DNA of 64,000 nucleotides from Octopus vulgaris (lineage: Eukaryota): assembly GCA_951406725.2 (NCBI GenBank), contig OX597816.1:128464001-128528000 (forward strand). The letters are read 5' to 3'. The notes under the pieces were generated by a model. It searched no databases. It had not been told where the DNA came from and saw only the letters and a program-made list of their open reading frames with translations. Position numbers and translations under genes: made by a program. This document shows, piece after piece, positions 1 to 12,808 of the stretch. Each line of letters starts with the position of its first letter. Positions within the stretch are counted from its first letter, which is position 1.

Positions 1-344
1 AGTTGTCAAATATTTACACCAAATTTTCTCAAAACAACTTGTCCAACTGTCCCATAGGCCTCCCCTTTGAGAAACACCGATTAAACCTAAATTTGAGACA
101 CCAGCAAAAGAAGAAATAAAGATAGACTTTTTTTCTATTCCAAAGAAAAACGGTTTTATTCACACAAATATGCAACCGAAAAATTTAAAGTACCAGTAAT
201 GATAAGGCTGTTGACTGGGAGAACACAAACATGGTTTAAACAGTAAGCTTGGCAGGAAAGAAATGTGCCTTTAAGCAGTACAAAAACAACAAAAAATGGA
301 AGGTGCAGTTATGTACAGTTTGACGGAAGAAAAGTAGGACAAAA

Positions 345-523
345 ATGGCTTTATCAATCGCATTCTCACCTGAAATCAATTTTTGTAATTTTTTCGAGAC
401 ATATACATGCCCTGATACCGTTGGTATCTACATATCAAATTTGAGCGCAATCGGATGGGGGATGCCAAGATCTGAGAAGTTACACACACAGACAGACAGA
501 CACAATGGATTTTATATAAGTGA
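345..523 (-). mobile_element. Helitron-like non-autonomous element, 5' terminal segment
   Basis: The minus strand begins A|TCACTTATATAAAATCCATTGTGTCTGTCTGTC. About 175 bp align with the 5' end of the complete element at 26640-27185. No 3' hairpin/CTAG end is seen; the element may extend leftwards. Confidence 0.65.
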
Positions 524-754
524 TATGTATGTACGCTTATGTATATATATGTGTGTGTGTGTGTGTGTTTATAATAAAGAAGGCAGCTATATGCAATATA
601 AAACCAAAAAGGAAAAATTCAATTGTCACTAATTGTGATTGACAGTGCAAGGTAGAACTTACATTGCTATTAATAGGAGTTAAAACCCCTTAACCACGAG
701 GAAGCACAGCTCCATACACTGACAAGGGAGATAACCATCCCACAGTGAGCGAGA

Positions 755-804
755 TCACTATACTAGCCTCAGTCTTGCTTAAAATTAAAGCTCATCAGTA
801 GTGA
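755..804 (-). ncRNA. Type I hammerhead ribozyme, core-mutated fossil
   Basis: Minus strand: TCACTA CTGATGA GCTT-TAATTTT-AAGC AAG ACT-GAGGCT-AGT A TAGTGA. This gives a 6-bp stem I, intact CUGAUGA, 4-bp stem II, 3-bp stem III and a GUA cleavage triplet. GAA is mutated to AAG. Confidence 0.75.
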
Positions 805-1077
805 CTACATACATACATATATATAAATGTACTTATGCAAGTATATCTGTGTGTGTGTGTGTCTTTGTGTCTGTGTTTGACCCCACCACAGCTTGACAAC
901 CGGTGTTGGTGTGATTACATCCCCATAACATAGTGGTTCAGCAAAACAGACCAATAGAATAAGTACTAGGCTTACAAAGAGTAAGTCCTGAGGTTGATTT
1001 GATTGACTAAGAGCTTCCAAGGTGGTGCCCCAGTATGGCCAGCGTTAAATGACTGAAACAAGGAAAAGATAAAAGAA
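805..1077 (+). mobile_element. SINE family A, 3' half
   Basis: Internal microsatellite followed by the body GCTTGACAACCGGTGTTGGTGTG...GACTGAAACAAGGAAAAGATAAAAGA, shared with many copies in the window. Confidence 0.85.
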
Positions 1078-1469
1078 TTTTCAGCTTTTCCATTTTTCCT
1101 TTCATTTCACTTTTAGCGTGTTTCTTTGATAGTGAGGTAGACTAATATTTATGTCAAAAATTATATTTTTATATATTTTGAAATATTTTAGAGATTGAGC
1201 AATAGAGTTTCATATATCAAAAAACCCAATTTCAGAGGAAATGAAAATTAATATATTAAATCAACTTCAAAATGGGAAGGAAAGGCTTTAACAGATTAAC
1301 GGGAGCTACAAAACAGTTTAATATAAAGGAAGCATCTATTAGAACATTTAATATTAAAAAGAAATAAAGTTAAAGAATCGGCGATTGTATAAAACATACA
1401 TCATACATGTGCAGAAACATAATGGAAACAAATTATTGAGATAAAAGATAAAATCCAATTTCCAACAGC

Positions 1470-1653
1470 ACCCATATACACATACATAAATACATACATA
1501 CATACATATATATATAGCTATACATACATATATATGTATTTATGTATGTGTGTATATATATATGTACACATACATATTTACATATATATGTAAACATATG
1601 TATCCATATATATATAAATATATGCACACACATGTATAAACATATATGTGTAT

Positions 1654-1691
<38 letters not shown>

Positions 1692-1830
1692 GTATGTGTC
1701 TATCTCTTTATTTATCTATCTATCTATTTATCTATCTATGTATCTATCTATATATGTAATATGCACATATATATATATAATATACATACATGTAAGTGTG
1801 TGTATGTGTGCCATATATAGACACACACAC
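1470..1830. repeat. Compound microsatellite (TACA/TA/TCTA)n, representative example
   Basis: Directly visible. Similar tracts lie at about 20465-21140, 27185-27260, 45950-46075 and 51290-51460. Confidence 0.95.
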
Positions 1831-2689
1831 AATAATTATATTTATTATCTGCATTTCAATAAATAATTGTCTAATTTTTGTTTATGTGGGGGCTTTTTTT
1901 TTTATTAATAACATCACTAACATATATTCTTGAATTTGCATGATTTCAATTTGCACAATGATTCATAGAACCAATCTATTCTGCAAACTGAAAGACAAAT
2001 CTGTTTGTGTGTGTCTGTGTACACGCATATATGTGTTAGCAGGCACTCACATGTATGTGTAAATGTGTGTCTGTGAAAGTGTGTGCATACATGCACTCAC
2101 ACGTGTGTGTGAATATGTGTGTGTGTGTGTGTGTGTGTATACCTTCATGAAATTATATCAGCAAAGGATGTGAACACCAATGATAAAAGTCACTTTTTGC
2201 ATAAAGTCTCTTTCATTGGTTCAGACACTTCCTGGCTACTCTGTCGATAAGAAATGCAATGAACCAATATTTGAAACCAATTGGAAACCTGTAACTAATG
2301 ATGCCATCGTTTACTAATGGCAATATAAAATAAATAAATATAAATAAGTGATGCTGAAAGTATCTATGTTAAAATCAGTAGCAAACTTTCATATTACAAA
2401 GCTATGCCTAATTTCATACTGATAGCCAAGAGACAGTTGTTCTTTTAAGGTTCCATTAAGATACTAATGTCCAGTTTCTTTTGTCATATTCCTGATCACA
2501 TGATGGTTATTTACTTAAGTGTTTCCCCAACCATCATAGTATGTAGTTAGTAGGCATCAAATCATATTAAGGATACACGATGTTCTATGAGTGAAACCTG
2601 TTCAAAGCATTAATATAAAGGAATTTTATATACTCACTGTGGTTAATATTACCATTTTATGCAAACACAGGCAATGAAGGGAATACTAT

Positions 2690-2892
2690 TTGTGGCCAAG
2701 TCTACCTCAAATCATATCACACTCTACCAAATTCAAAAATTCAAGGACATAGAATAACGTAGTCCTTGATACACTGTGCCTAGAAAAAACAAAAAAAAAC
2801 AAAAACCAAATTGATGGGATGGCTGTGACTGGAAGGCTTTTGATCATAGGTCTACCCAATCAGAGCTGACCTGGGGCTAAGCAACAATAACA
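2690..2892 (+). repeat. Interspersed repeat family F with (CAA)n-like tail
   Basis: Motifs GCCAAATCTCCCTCAAA...GCCTTTGATCATAGG...GACCTGGGGCTAAACAACAAC. Further copies lie near 8815-9010, 16830-17040, 33520-33730, 47700-47880, 51840-52110, 52910-53110 and 63745-63955. Confidence 0.7.
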
Positions 2893-2917
2893 CAGCCGAT
2901 ATTTTACTTGAATCTTA

Positions 2918-3488
2918 TTGGGTTGTCCGGAAAGTTCGTGCTGATTTATAGCAGCTTACCTTTTGACTTATTTTAGAGCATGTTAGAGTCTATAAAATAG
3001 GTTTTGACTACACCTTCATTTAGAGCACAGTTTAAGCTAACCTTTCGTGAAAGAAGTTATGCTCCTATAACCTGTGTTAATTCTGTAACCCTTTAAAATG
3101 GAAGATAAGAAAGTTCATTTTCGGCACTCGATGCTTTTCTTTTTCTGTAAAGGGAAAAATGCCTCACAAGCAACCAAAGAAATATGTGCAATTTACAGTG
3201 ATGTTCTTTATCCAAAAGAACAGTATGGAAGTGGCTCACAAGGTTCCAAGCTGGAGATTGTAGCCTTATTGATAAAGAGCGATCAGGCAGACCATCCACT
3301 ACAGATGATGACCAAATCAAGTAATTAATTGAGAATAACCCACATTGCACAACCCGAGAATTGGCAGAAAGCCTCAACCTATCAAAATCCGTCCTTCATG
3401 AGCACCTGGTAAAACTTGGGTAATGGCAAGTATTTATTGACCTTTTTCTTTCCTTTAAAAATTGGCATGAACTTTCTGGACAACCCAA
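2918..3488 (+). mobile_element. Mariner transposon, internally deleted
   Basis: TA|TTGGGTTGTCCGGAAAGTTCGTGC...GCATGAACTTTCTGGACAACCCAA|TA TIRs. The frameshifted transposase N-terminus starts at 3098 (MEDKKVHFRHSMLFFF.KGKNASQA...ERSGRPS...CTTRELAESLNLS). The catalytic domain is absent. Confidence 0.93.
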
Positions 3489-3803
3489 TACAACTATGAT
3501 AATATATTTGAATACTGTAGCACTTCTACTTTTATAAACTTCTGTATTGTAATCAATCATCTAGCCGTACTTTATTGACATATTGGTAAACTTAGCCAGA
3601 CTTAATTGGGGTTATATTTTATTTATTTATCTATTCATTTATTTATTTATTTATTGCTTTATATATTCTTCCAAGAAAACCACATTATATATTTATTTTG
3701 AGACTATAACGAACATCTCAACAGCTCAAATTGTATACTTATTAAAAGACAACCCCAGTATTTACAGATATGTTGGTATTGTGATAAATGATAAGTACGA
3801 CTA

Positions 3804-4020
3804 GAGTGGCAAGCTGGCAGAATTGTTAGCACACCAGGCAAAATACTTAGCAGCATTTCCTCGATCTTTATATTCTGAGTTCAAATTCTGCCGCGTCAGC
3901 TTTGCCTTTCATCCCTTCAGGGTCAATCAATTAATACCTGCTGAAGAGAGGGATTGATCTAATCGACTTATCCCCTCCTTGAAATTTCTGGCCTTGTGCT
4001 AAAATTTGAAACCAATAATT
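3804..4020 (+). mobile_element. SINE family B (Nin/Deu-like central domain)
   Basis: Head GGCAAGCTGGCAGAA, B-box-like GAGTTCAAATTC, central GCCTTTCATCCCTTCAGGGTCAAT, tail TTTGAAACCAAT. Confidence 0.85.
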
Positions 4021-4451
4021 ACTATGATTCAAATGTAAGACTCAAGATGCTTTCTTTCTTTTTTGTCTTGATTCTGTCAGAGGAGGAAAGGTAGTGTCTG
4101 TGACCTTTTTGAGAACCTCAGAGACTGATGGAAGAAAGAAAAAGAAATCATAACTCATGAGTTGTCTTCAGGCTTAGACTGGGCTCAATGCTTGCAATGC
4201 ACTACACACTGCTAAATGCACTCAAGGATCAGCCAATTATATTAAGCCAAGCAGTGACTTAGATCAAATTCCTAAGAACAGGTACAGTCCTTCTCAGACT
4301 TCATAGTTTGTATCAAGCCAATTTGAATCACAAAGTTTTGCTTGGCCCATTGTAATTGATCTCAGAACCAAAAGAATGTGGAGTCAACTGCTGAACCACA
4401 TGTCCATGCTTTCAATTATATTACAGTGCTGTTATGATAAATAAATTGAGG

Positions 4452-4670
4452 AAGGTGGCAAGCTGGCAGAAATGTTAGCATGCTGGGCGAAAATGCTTAG
4501 TGGCATTTCATCTGTCTTTACGTTCTGAGTTCAAATTCTGTCGATATTGATGTTGCCTTTCATCCTTTCGGGGTTGATGAATTAAGTACCAGTTGCATAC
4601 TGGAGTTGATCTAATCAACTGGCCCCACTCCCAAAAAATTTTGGGCCTTGTGCCTAGAGTAGAAAAGAAA
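4452..4670 (+). mobile_element. SINE family B
   Basis: Same family; TSD TAAATTGAGG at 4442 and 4679. Confidence 0.88.
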
Positions 4671-4734
4671 ATAGTAAGTAAATTGAGGGCAAATAACTCT
4701 ATAAACTGGGGTGAAACCTCAGATATACGTATCT

Positions 4735-5105
4735 TTTATATTTTATCTTTTACTTATTTCAGACATAGACTGCGGCTATGCTGGGGCACCACCTTGAAGA
4801 ATTTTTAGTCAAAAGTATTGACTCCAAGTATTGCCAAACCATGGGGATGTAAACACATCAGCACTGGTTGTCAAGCAGTGGTGGGAAGACAAACACAGAC
4901 ACAAAAACACACATGCATAGATATATACAGACATATATATGATGGGCTTCTTTCAGTTTCTGTCTATCAAATCCACTCACAAGGCTTTGGTCAGCCCAAG
5001 GCTATAATAGAAGACACTTGCGCAAGGTGACACACAGTGGGACTGAACCCAGGATCATGTGGTTAGGAAACAAGCATATTACCACACAGCCACACCTGCA
5101 CATAG
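4735..5105 (-). mobile_element. SINE family A (tRNA-like head, CCTTGGGCAAGT-type core, internal microsatellite)
   Basis: Reverse complement of the family A consensus, with an internal deletion. Confidence 0.85.
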
Positions 5106-6149
5106 ATGTTTTGGAACGTTTGTGTTCTTTTCCTTTACAAGCATGTTAGAAGCATATGATATACAGTTCTGTGAATTGCGACCAGGTTAATCTAAATATA
5201 CTAAAGTTATCTTAAAAGTCTTCTGTCACATGGTTTCTTACAAGAGAAGTTCAATGAAATCAAAGCACCTAGTAAGAATTAAGTTCCAAAAAATATATTA
5301 AAAATCATCTTCATTTTGAGAAAAGTATATTGTACAATCTACAAACTATGTGTTAATGATCTTGAGATTAGATAAAAAAATAATTTTGTATAAAAGAAAT
5401 TTTTTTTAAATATTGCAACTTTACTTTGCATTTCTGTAATGGAAATCCTTAATATTTTGTTATGAAAAAGAAATGTTCTATTTATAAATTTACCACATTT
5501 CATTCAATGCAATTTCACAGGAATTGTATACTCCTAGATCTTAGCATTAGTTATAAACTCAAGAATCTTAAAACTGAAAAGAAAAAATAGAAGTTAAAGT
5601 TGTGCATTCTTATCGCTTAGACTGTATTTCACATTTCTGATTCATGAATAAGATTGCTTTCAAAAAATATCATTATCTTTTCACTCTCATCTTACTGGCT
5701 TTAGCTTCTGATTTATCTATAAAAGTTGTAACTCTTTACTTAGCTGATATCACTGATAACAAGAGATAAGTCGACACCAATCAGTTTAAGAATCTTTCTG
5801 AAGGAAATTGTTAACAAAATATTTTTTTATTAGGTGTTTAATCAGATGCTTTTTCAAAAGAAAAAAAAAAATCAGGATAATGTGCTTGCTGATAGTGCAT
5901 GACTGGTGACTGAAAATAGCTGATGTAACAATCTACACTAAAGCTTTTAACATCATGCTTCTCAAAAAGTAAAATTGTAAATGCACTAAAAGTTCAATAT
6001 TCTTACTATGTATTAAGTCTAACATAGAACCTTGAATTAGAAATATTTCAAGAGTTGCTTTCCATATATATGCATCTTCCAATCAGATTTACAATTCAAG
6101 TATTAAATTCATACAGATTTTCAAAGTTAGTCCTTACATGGAATATTTG

Positions 6150-6420
6150 TTTCAAATTTTGGCACAAGGCTAGCAATTCTGGAGAAGGGGCTAAGTCCTT
6201 ACATGGAATATTTCAAATTCTGGTGCAAGGCTAGTAATTTTGGGAGAGGGGCTAAGTCGATTACATTAACCCCAGTACTCAACTGGTATTTATTTTATCA
6301 ACCCTGAAAGGATGAAAGTCAAAGTCGACCATGGCAGAATTTGAACTCATAATATAAAGACAGATGAAATGCAGCTCAGCATTTTGCCCAGTGTGCTAAC
6401 AATTCTGCCAGCTCACCACC
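6150..6420 (-). mobile_element. SINE family B with duplicated 3' end
   Basis: Reverse-complement family B. The target sequence TCCTTACATGG occurs at 6131, 6196 and 6421. Confidence 0.85.
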
Positions 6421-6574
6421 TCCTTACATGGGGTACTGAAGGGAAATTTGTAGAAAGAAGATCAACTGGGATAAACATGGTCATTGTTTTTGTGCCTTCT
6501 TTTCTGAGCTGGCATAGATTGGACAAGACCATTGGAGACAGTATTTTATGACCAGAAACCTTTCTTGATGACAA

Positions 6575-7714
6575 TCATTTTAGTGATCTTTGCAGTGTGG
6601 GTTCGCACATTGTCCTGATGAAACATCACTTCTTTTCGATTCAATAAAGTAGGTCTTTTTCTTCAAAGCTTGGTTCAAATGCTCTAATTGCAGATAGTAG
6701 ACTAGAGCAATGATTGTTGCATTAGGTGGTAACAATTCAAAGTGAATTATTCCTTTGCAATCCCACCAGATAGATAGAAGTTCTCTTCTCGGTTGTGGTT
6801 GAACTTTTTTTCCCTTTTACAAAGCCACTGTTTACGACATTTAACATTTCAATAGAAGATCTTATTTTTCCTCACCAGTCACAAATCTATCCAAAAAGGG
6901 TGAAATGAGTTCACAAGAATGGAGAGAAGAGTAGATGTCAACTCGGGATTTGCAGGTACTTTCAGACAATTCATGAGGCACCAATTTTCCAAGTTTAGGA
7001 ACCTTTCCAAGTTGTTGAAGATGACAATGAAGAGTTGTATGGTTTGAACTAAGCTTTATTGTCAATTCTTCAACTGATAATGCAGGATTTTCTTAAAGTA
7101 ATGCCTCAAGGAGCTTATCATCAAACTCAACTGGACATACTGTTTGATCTTCATCTTCAAGGCTGAAATCTCCACTTCTGAATTTTGCAAATCATCTTCT
7201 GCAAGTTCTTTCACTCAAGCATTCTTTCCCATAAACTGAGTGTATGTTTCGAGTCACTTCAGCTGCAGAGTTTCCTTTCTTGTACTCACAAAGCATTATG
7301 CGCCTTAAATGCTCTTTGGATACTTCCATGTAAGAAAGGGTTTTAATCAAAAAAATTTTAATTCTATTATTCTGTAAAATAATATTTAATTAGTTTAAAT
7401 GTACACAAATGCCCCCTGTGCTGGTGGCATGTAAAAAGCACCATCCGATCGTGGCTGTTTGCCAGCCTCGTCTGGCACGTAAAAAGCACCCACTATACTC
7501 ACAGAGTGGTTGGCGTTAGGAAGGGCATCCAGCCGTAGAAACATTGCCAGATCAGACTGGGCCTGGTGCAGCCTTCTGGCTTCCCAGACCCCAGCATGGA
7601 AAGCGGACGCTAAACGATGATGATGATGATGATGATTAGACATTCTAAAATACTATTAAATTTCATTCAATTTTAAAAAAGGTAAAATCGGACAGAACTT
7701 ATGGGATGACCTGA
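6575..7714 (-). mobile_element. Mariner transposon, decayed and 3'-truncated
   Basis: TIR TA|TCAGGTCATCCCATAAGTTCTGTCCG at 7714. The pseudo-ORF from 7329 reads MEVSKEHLRRIML.EYKKGNSAAE...KLGKLVPHELS...FLDRFVTGEEK...WWDCKGIIHFELLP...FHQDNVRTH, with stops and frameshifts. Confidence 0.92.
7410..7636 (+). mobile_element. SINE family D with (GAT)n tail, nested in the mariner 5' UTR
   Basis: GTGGTTGGCGTTAGGAAGGGCATCCAGCCGTAGAAAC...TAAACGATGATGAT. Related copies lie near 10020-10245, 12300-12485, 20275-20465, 43750-43940 and 50180-50410(-). Confidence 0.8.
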
Positions 7715-9539
7715 TATATAGAGATTTTAATATTCATGTTTTATGGAGGTAGAATTTGTTTATAAAGTTTCTTTAAATTCTGTTCTAGATCTATGCTAAA
7801 GCATTATAGAAGGTGTTTATATATTCATGTATGAAAATCATGAGAAAAACATTTTAATTAAAAAAATTGCTTACAGAACAATAAATACCTTGAGAGAAAC
7901 ATGCAGACCTAAAACCTTTGTCCAAATACCTGTTTGAGCATCAGAGCACACGAAAAACAATTTTCTATACTATCAATACCATGACATGCCTGACTAATGA
8001 ACTCTTCCTCACAAATGAAAACAAGAAATAACAAATAAAAATATGACCAGCAAAAATTACCTCCTACCTACAATCTTTTGTGAGAAAAAAAGTTGACATA
8101 CCCAGTTATTAAGGGCCAATACACTAGCCTTTGTACCACTGAGCTTTACATTTTCAAAGCAAAAGGATTAAATTCACCAAACCAAAAACAAAAAAATACT
8201 CTCACACCTTGTGCCTACCTAACAAAAGAGCAATACCTACACACTTATTTGCAAAGTTCTACATACATGAGTAAATTTTCAGCAATATTTAATTAATTAA
8301 AAAATTTCTCCAAACCACCTCTCCATAGCAAACCACCCTAAAAACCTAATTTACCACTGCACTCAAATCCATACACCAAAGGAAGATTATAATTTAACAG
8401 AGACTATATAAAGACAAGACTAAATTTAATGCATCACAGTTCGATGATGGCGTAACTGGCCCAAACTTCGAAATCACTATTAGTAATATTCTTGTTTAAG
8501 AATGATCAGATTGTACTCAACAACAGTATAGAGTAAAACACACACACACACTCACATACATATACGTACACACACACATATATATATCATGACCATTTGT
8601 GTTCTCAGCTCTATCTCTTAGATTAGTTTGCTTAACAAAGGTTAATTAGAGGTAGGCCATAAACTTGCTAGCATCTGGCATGTGAAGCTTTCAACTGGTA
8701 GCACTTGCATCTGCAAGTTGTTTGCAAAATATATTGGGTCTAATTGCATTCCATTCTGCTCTATCTTCAGTAAAATTATCAACAAAGAGTCAGTGATGGA
8801 GTCTCAGAAAAATAGTGGAAATAGCAGCCGATTTCCTCTCAAACTGAAACTTACTATCTTTGAAACTGTGAGAGAAGGACAAGTTATCTGAAAATATGAC
8901 GCAATGCTCATAAATTGAATGTTGTGATGATAGAAGTGCTTGATCAGAACTGCTCTGAGGGTGAACAACAATGGTAACAACAACCTCCAACACTACAACA
9001 ACAACAACAATAACAACAAAACCACCCTCTATTACTTTTCATCATCCATAATATATTTATCAACTAAGACTTCAAACTAAACAGTAAATTGAGCTTTCTT
9101 TTCAAATATCAATATTTCCGTAAGTTAGAAGAATAGTTTCCTTGCATCCAGATTCAGTGTCATCTCTTTTTTGTTAGACCCAACATTTATTGTGACCACC
9201 CTTATGTCAGATTACTACTGTATCCTACAGTTCATGATGCTACTTGTTCTATTATTTGCATTATTTGATCATACAAGAAAAGTAATCTCTGTTGTATTAA
9301 ATAGCTGGTGCCTTTGATACCAAAAATGACATTTTTATATTTGTTTATATTAATTTCTGCTTTTTAGGTTTCATATTAAGTAGACCATTTTTAAACTGCA
9401 TCTTCTTAAAATGTTACACATATTTCTATTTTTGATTTTTGGCATGCCACTTTTCTGAAGTAAGTATCATAATCTTAAAGATTAAAGGTAAGTTCTGAGA
9501 ACTTTGAACTATAACTGATATGTGCCCTATATTTCTCAC

Positions 9540-9698
9540 TGCAGGTGTGGCTGTATGGTAAGAAGCTTGCTTTCCAACCACATGGTTCCAGGTTCGGTCT
9601 CACAGCATGGCACCTTGGGCAAGTATCTTTTACTACAAGTCAACCAAAACCTTGTGAGTCGATTTGGTAGACAGAAAAGGAAAGAAGCCCTTTGTATG

Positions 9699-9740
<42 letters not shown>

Positions 9741-9932
9741 TGTATGTGTGTATATGTTTATGTGTGTGTGTATTTGAGATCAATAGAATAAGAGATCAAT
9801 AGAATAAGTACTAGGCTTACAAAAAATAAGTCCTGAGGTCGATTTCCTTAACTTAAAACCCTTTAGGGCAGTGCTCCAGCATGGCCACTGTCAAATGACT
9901 GAAACGTGTAAAAGAATAAAAGAGTGAAAGAA
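9540..9932 (+). mobile_element. SINE family A
   Basis: Head GCAGGTGTGGCTGTATGGTAAGAAGC, CCTTGGGCAAGT, internal (TG)n, tail GAAACGTGTAAAAGAATAAAAGA. Confidence 0.88.
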
Positions 9933-10289
9933 TACATATGTATGTATATATGTATATATATATATATCAAGGTAAATGTTTCAACCACATCCCACTCAGT
10001 TGCAGGAGCTTTTTGTCTAGTGAATTATTCGGTGATCTCATTAGCATTGGGGTGGAGGAATAGTCATTTTTAAAAAAAGCACCCTGTACACTGTTAATGG
10101 GTTGTTGTTAGAAAGGGCATAAATGTCATGCTGAAGCATACATTAGAAGTTGAAGTAGTCATCCAACTCACTGAATCCTGCTGAATCATCCAGCCCATAC
10201 CAGAATGGAAGGTGAAACATTAAATGATGATAATCATCATCATCAAGCAAGCTAAATTTAGGTCATTATTGACCTAAATTTAGCTTTCG

Positions 10290-10706
10290 TGTTTCTTTAT
10301 TGCCCACAAGGGGCTAAACATAGAGGGGACAAACAAGGACAGACAAAGAGATTAAGTCGATTACATTGACCCCAGTGCGTAACTGGTACTTAATTTATTG
10401 ACCCCAAAATGATGAAAGGCAAAGTCGACCTCAGCGGAATTTGAACTCAGAACGTAATGGCAGATGAAATACCTATTTCTTTACGACCCACAAGGGGCTA
10501 AACACAGAGAGGACAAGCAAGGACAGACAAATGGATTAAGTCGATTATATCGACCCCAGTGCGTAACTGGTACTTATTTAATCAACCCTGAAAGGATGAA
10601 AGGCAAAGTCGACCTCGGTGGAATTTGAACTCAGAACGTAGCGGCAGACGAAATACGATTAAGCATTTCACCGAGCGTGCTAGCGCTTCTGCCAGCTCGC
10701 TGCCTT
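10290..10706 (-). mobile_element. SINE family B variant with tandemly duplicated 3' two-thirds
   Basis: Two ~183-bp units (TTTCTTTA..CCCACAAGGGGCTAAAC...GAAATAC). TSD AATTTAGCTTTC at 10277 and 10708. CpGs are retained, so the copy is young. Confidence 0.88.
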
Positions 10707-11140
10707 TAATTTAGCTTTCTTATTTGCCCACCGAATCACAAAAGTAGTTTTCTCTATATTAACTGATATAAACAAGGAATTAATTGTTCTATACCCAATA
10801 TTTCTCTACTGGAAGATTCACTATATATATATAGGATCTGTGTTTCCATGCAGTGGTACAATCCTGCTTTAAATTTTATCCTTTACTGGCTTTGTTAAAA
10901 TTCTCTCACTACTGCCTTCTCCATTAGCTTAAATCTTTTCTAATTTCCTTTCTCTAATTATTTCTGTAGTCATCCTCATAATGACTTCAAAATTCAATTC
11001 TTGCTTGGAACATTAAAGTGACATTTGAAGGATGATCATTTGATAAAACCATCGTCTATGTAAAAATGAACAAAGATATATAAATAGTCAAAGGACTTTT
11101 CTTTATAAAGACACACACACACACATGTATATATGAATGC

Positions 11141-11174
<34 letters not shown>

Positions 11175-12594
11175 GTGTGTAATGGTGTGTGTATGTGCAT
11201 ATATGTGCACGTGTGTGTGTGTGTGAGATCTAATATACAATCACCAAATTATAGGATGTGGTATCTTCTTGGTTGACAAATGCAAATTTGCGCTATATTC
11301 TATGTCTAATACATCTTTGTAGATGACTCAATATACATATGGTAACTGTAGTTCTGTAGTTCCATGTCTTGGAACTCTCCCAAAACTGCATTCTATTATC
11401 TATTAGCTTCACTAAAAGTTTCTCTACCATTATCATTACTCAATTCATTAGCTTAACTTCTCTGTAATTTCCTCTCTTTCCAGTATGTTTGCCTTGTCTT
11501 CATGGTAATAATAATAATAATAATAATGATAATAATAATAAAAGTAGCAATTCTGCCATATCGTCTACACAATTTAATTAACAAAGCATGTGACTAGAAT
11601 TACTTGCAGCTTTCCTTGACTTTATTGTTTTAATTGTGTTGCTTGTCATTTGTTGTTTAATATTTTCACACTATTCTTTACTGATTTTTTTCTATCTTGT
11701 CTATTTCTTACACTTTGTTCAGCAGCATATGATAAAATATTTCCATATTTTCTTGAACTGCATTATGTCTGGAAGTATGGGTCGCCCCACTGACTATAGC
11801 CACTTTTATATACCCCCTACACCTTCCTCCTTTCCACTCCTACACCTTGTGCTTCATCCATTCCACCAACTGTCTAATCTACCCTTCCTGAACCACTTCT
11901 CTCTCTCTACTCTCACCCTCTCTCCATACAAATATGTCCCATCAACTGTACTTCTACTACCCCACCCCATCTCTAACTATCTATTACTCTCCCCTCACAA
12001 AAGTACACACTCCCACCTCCCCACTTCTGACTCACTCTCTGTGTCCTCTCTTTTTACTTGTTGTAACGTCAAGGTTTACTCTGGCACTGCATCACTATCC
12101 TCTTTATCCCTTCAAAATTTCTTCCACCCACCCTTATATAATGCACGGTAACCAGGTATCCCCCTATGCTTGTCCCTCTATCATAGCCTTTGCACAAAGC
12201 CTCCTGTCCCTTAACACTCTCCACTAACTAGTGGCAGGTGCTTTTCCTTTCTCCTTATTCTCTCTCTCTTTCTCTCTCCTACAAGTTACATAGCAACCTC
12301 AATAATATCAGTAGCACGAAAAAAGCACCCAGTTCTTATTGTAAAGTGGTTGGCATTTAAAAAGTTATCCAGCCCTAGAAACTATGCCAAAGGTGACAGT
12401 GAAGCTCAGGATATCCCTGCAGCTTGCTGTATCCTGCCAAACCAGCCACCAAATGCCAGTATGGAAAAAGGATATTAAATGATGTCTTGGTCTATTACCA
12501 CTTGCTAACCTCAACTACAACAGTTTCCTTGTAGACTTTATCACCGACGCTTACCACCAACTAATTCCTTTGCACTACATCATAGAATGAGAAG

Positions 12595-12808
12595 TGGAGT
12601 CACGTAGCTTAGTGGTTAGGGTGTCAGCATCATGATCGCAAGATTGTGGTTTCGATTCCTGGACCGGGCGACACGTTGTGTTCTTGAGAAAAACACTTCA
12701 TTTTACGTTGCTCCAGTCCACTCAGCTGGCAAAAATGAGTAAAGCTGTGATGGACTGGTGTCCCGTCCAGCTGGGAACACATACACCATGGGTGCATTTA
12801 TTTATTTT
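12595..12808 (+). mobile_element. SINE family C (tRNA head, V-domain-like GATGGACTGGTGTCCCGTCCAG)
   Basis: A-box TAGCTTAGTGG, B-box GTTTCGATTCC, (ATTT)n tail. TSD CATAG(A/G)ATGAGAA at 12581 and 12809. Confidence 0.88.

Noticed and set aside
1433-1866. YI/CV/HT-rich ORFs, also at 20.5-21.2 kb, 23.1 kb, 51.2 kb and elsewhere
   Set aside because: Translations of dinucleotide and tetranucleotide microsatellites.
11636-12227. Longest ORF (171 aa)
   Set aside because: Non-ATG start, pyrimidine-rich low-complexity DNA, no recognisable domain.
12595-12670. tRNA-like sequences with A and B boxes
   Set aside because: These are SINE heads continuing into SINE bodies; no complete cloverleaf.
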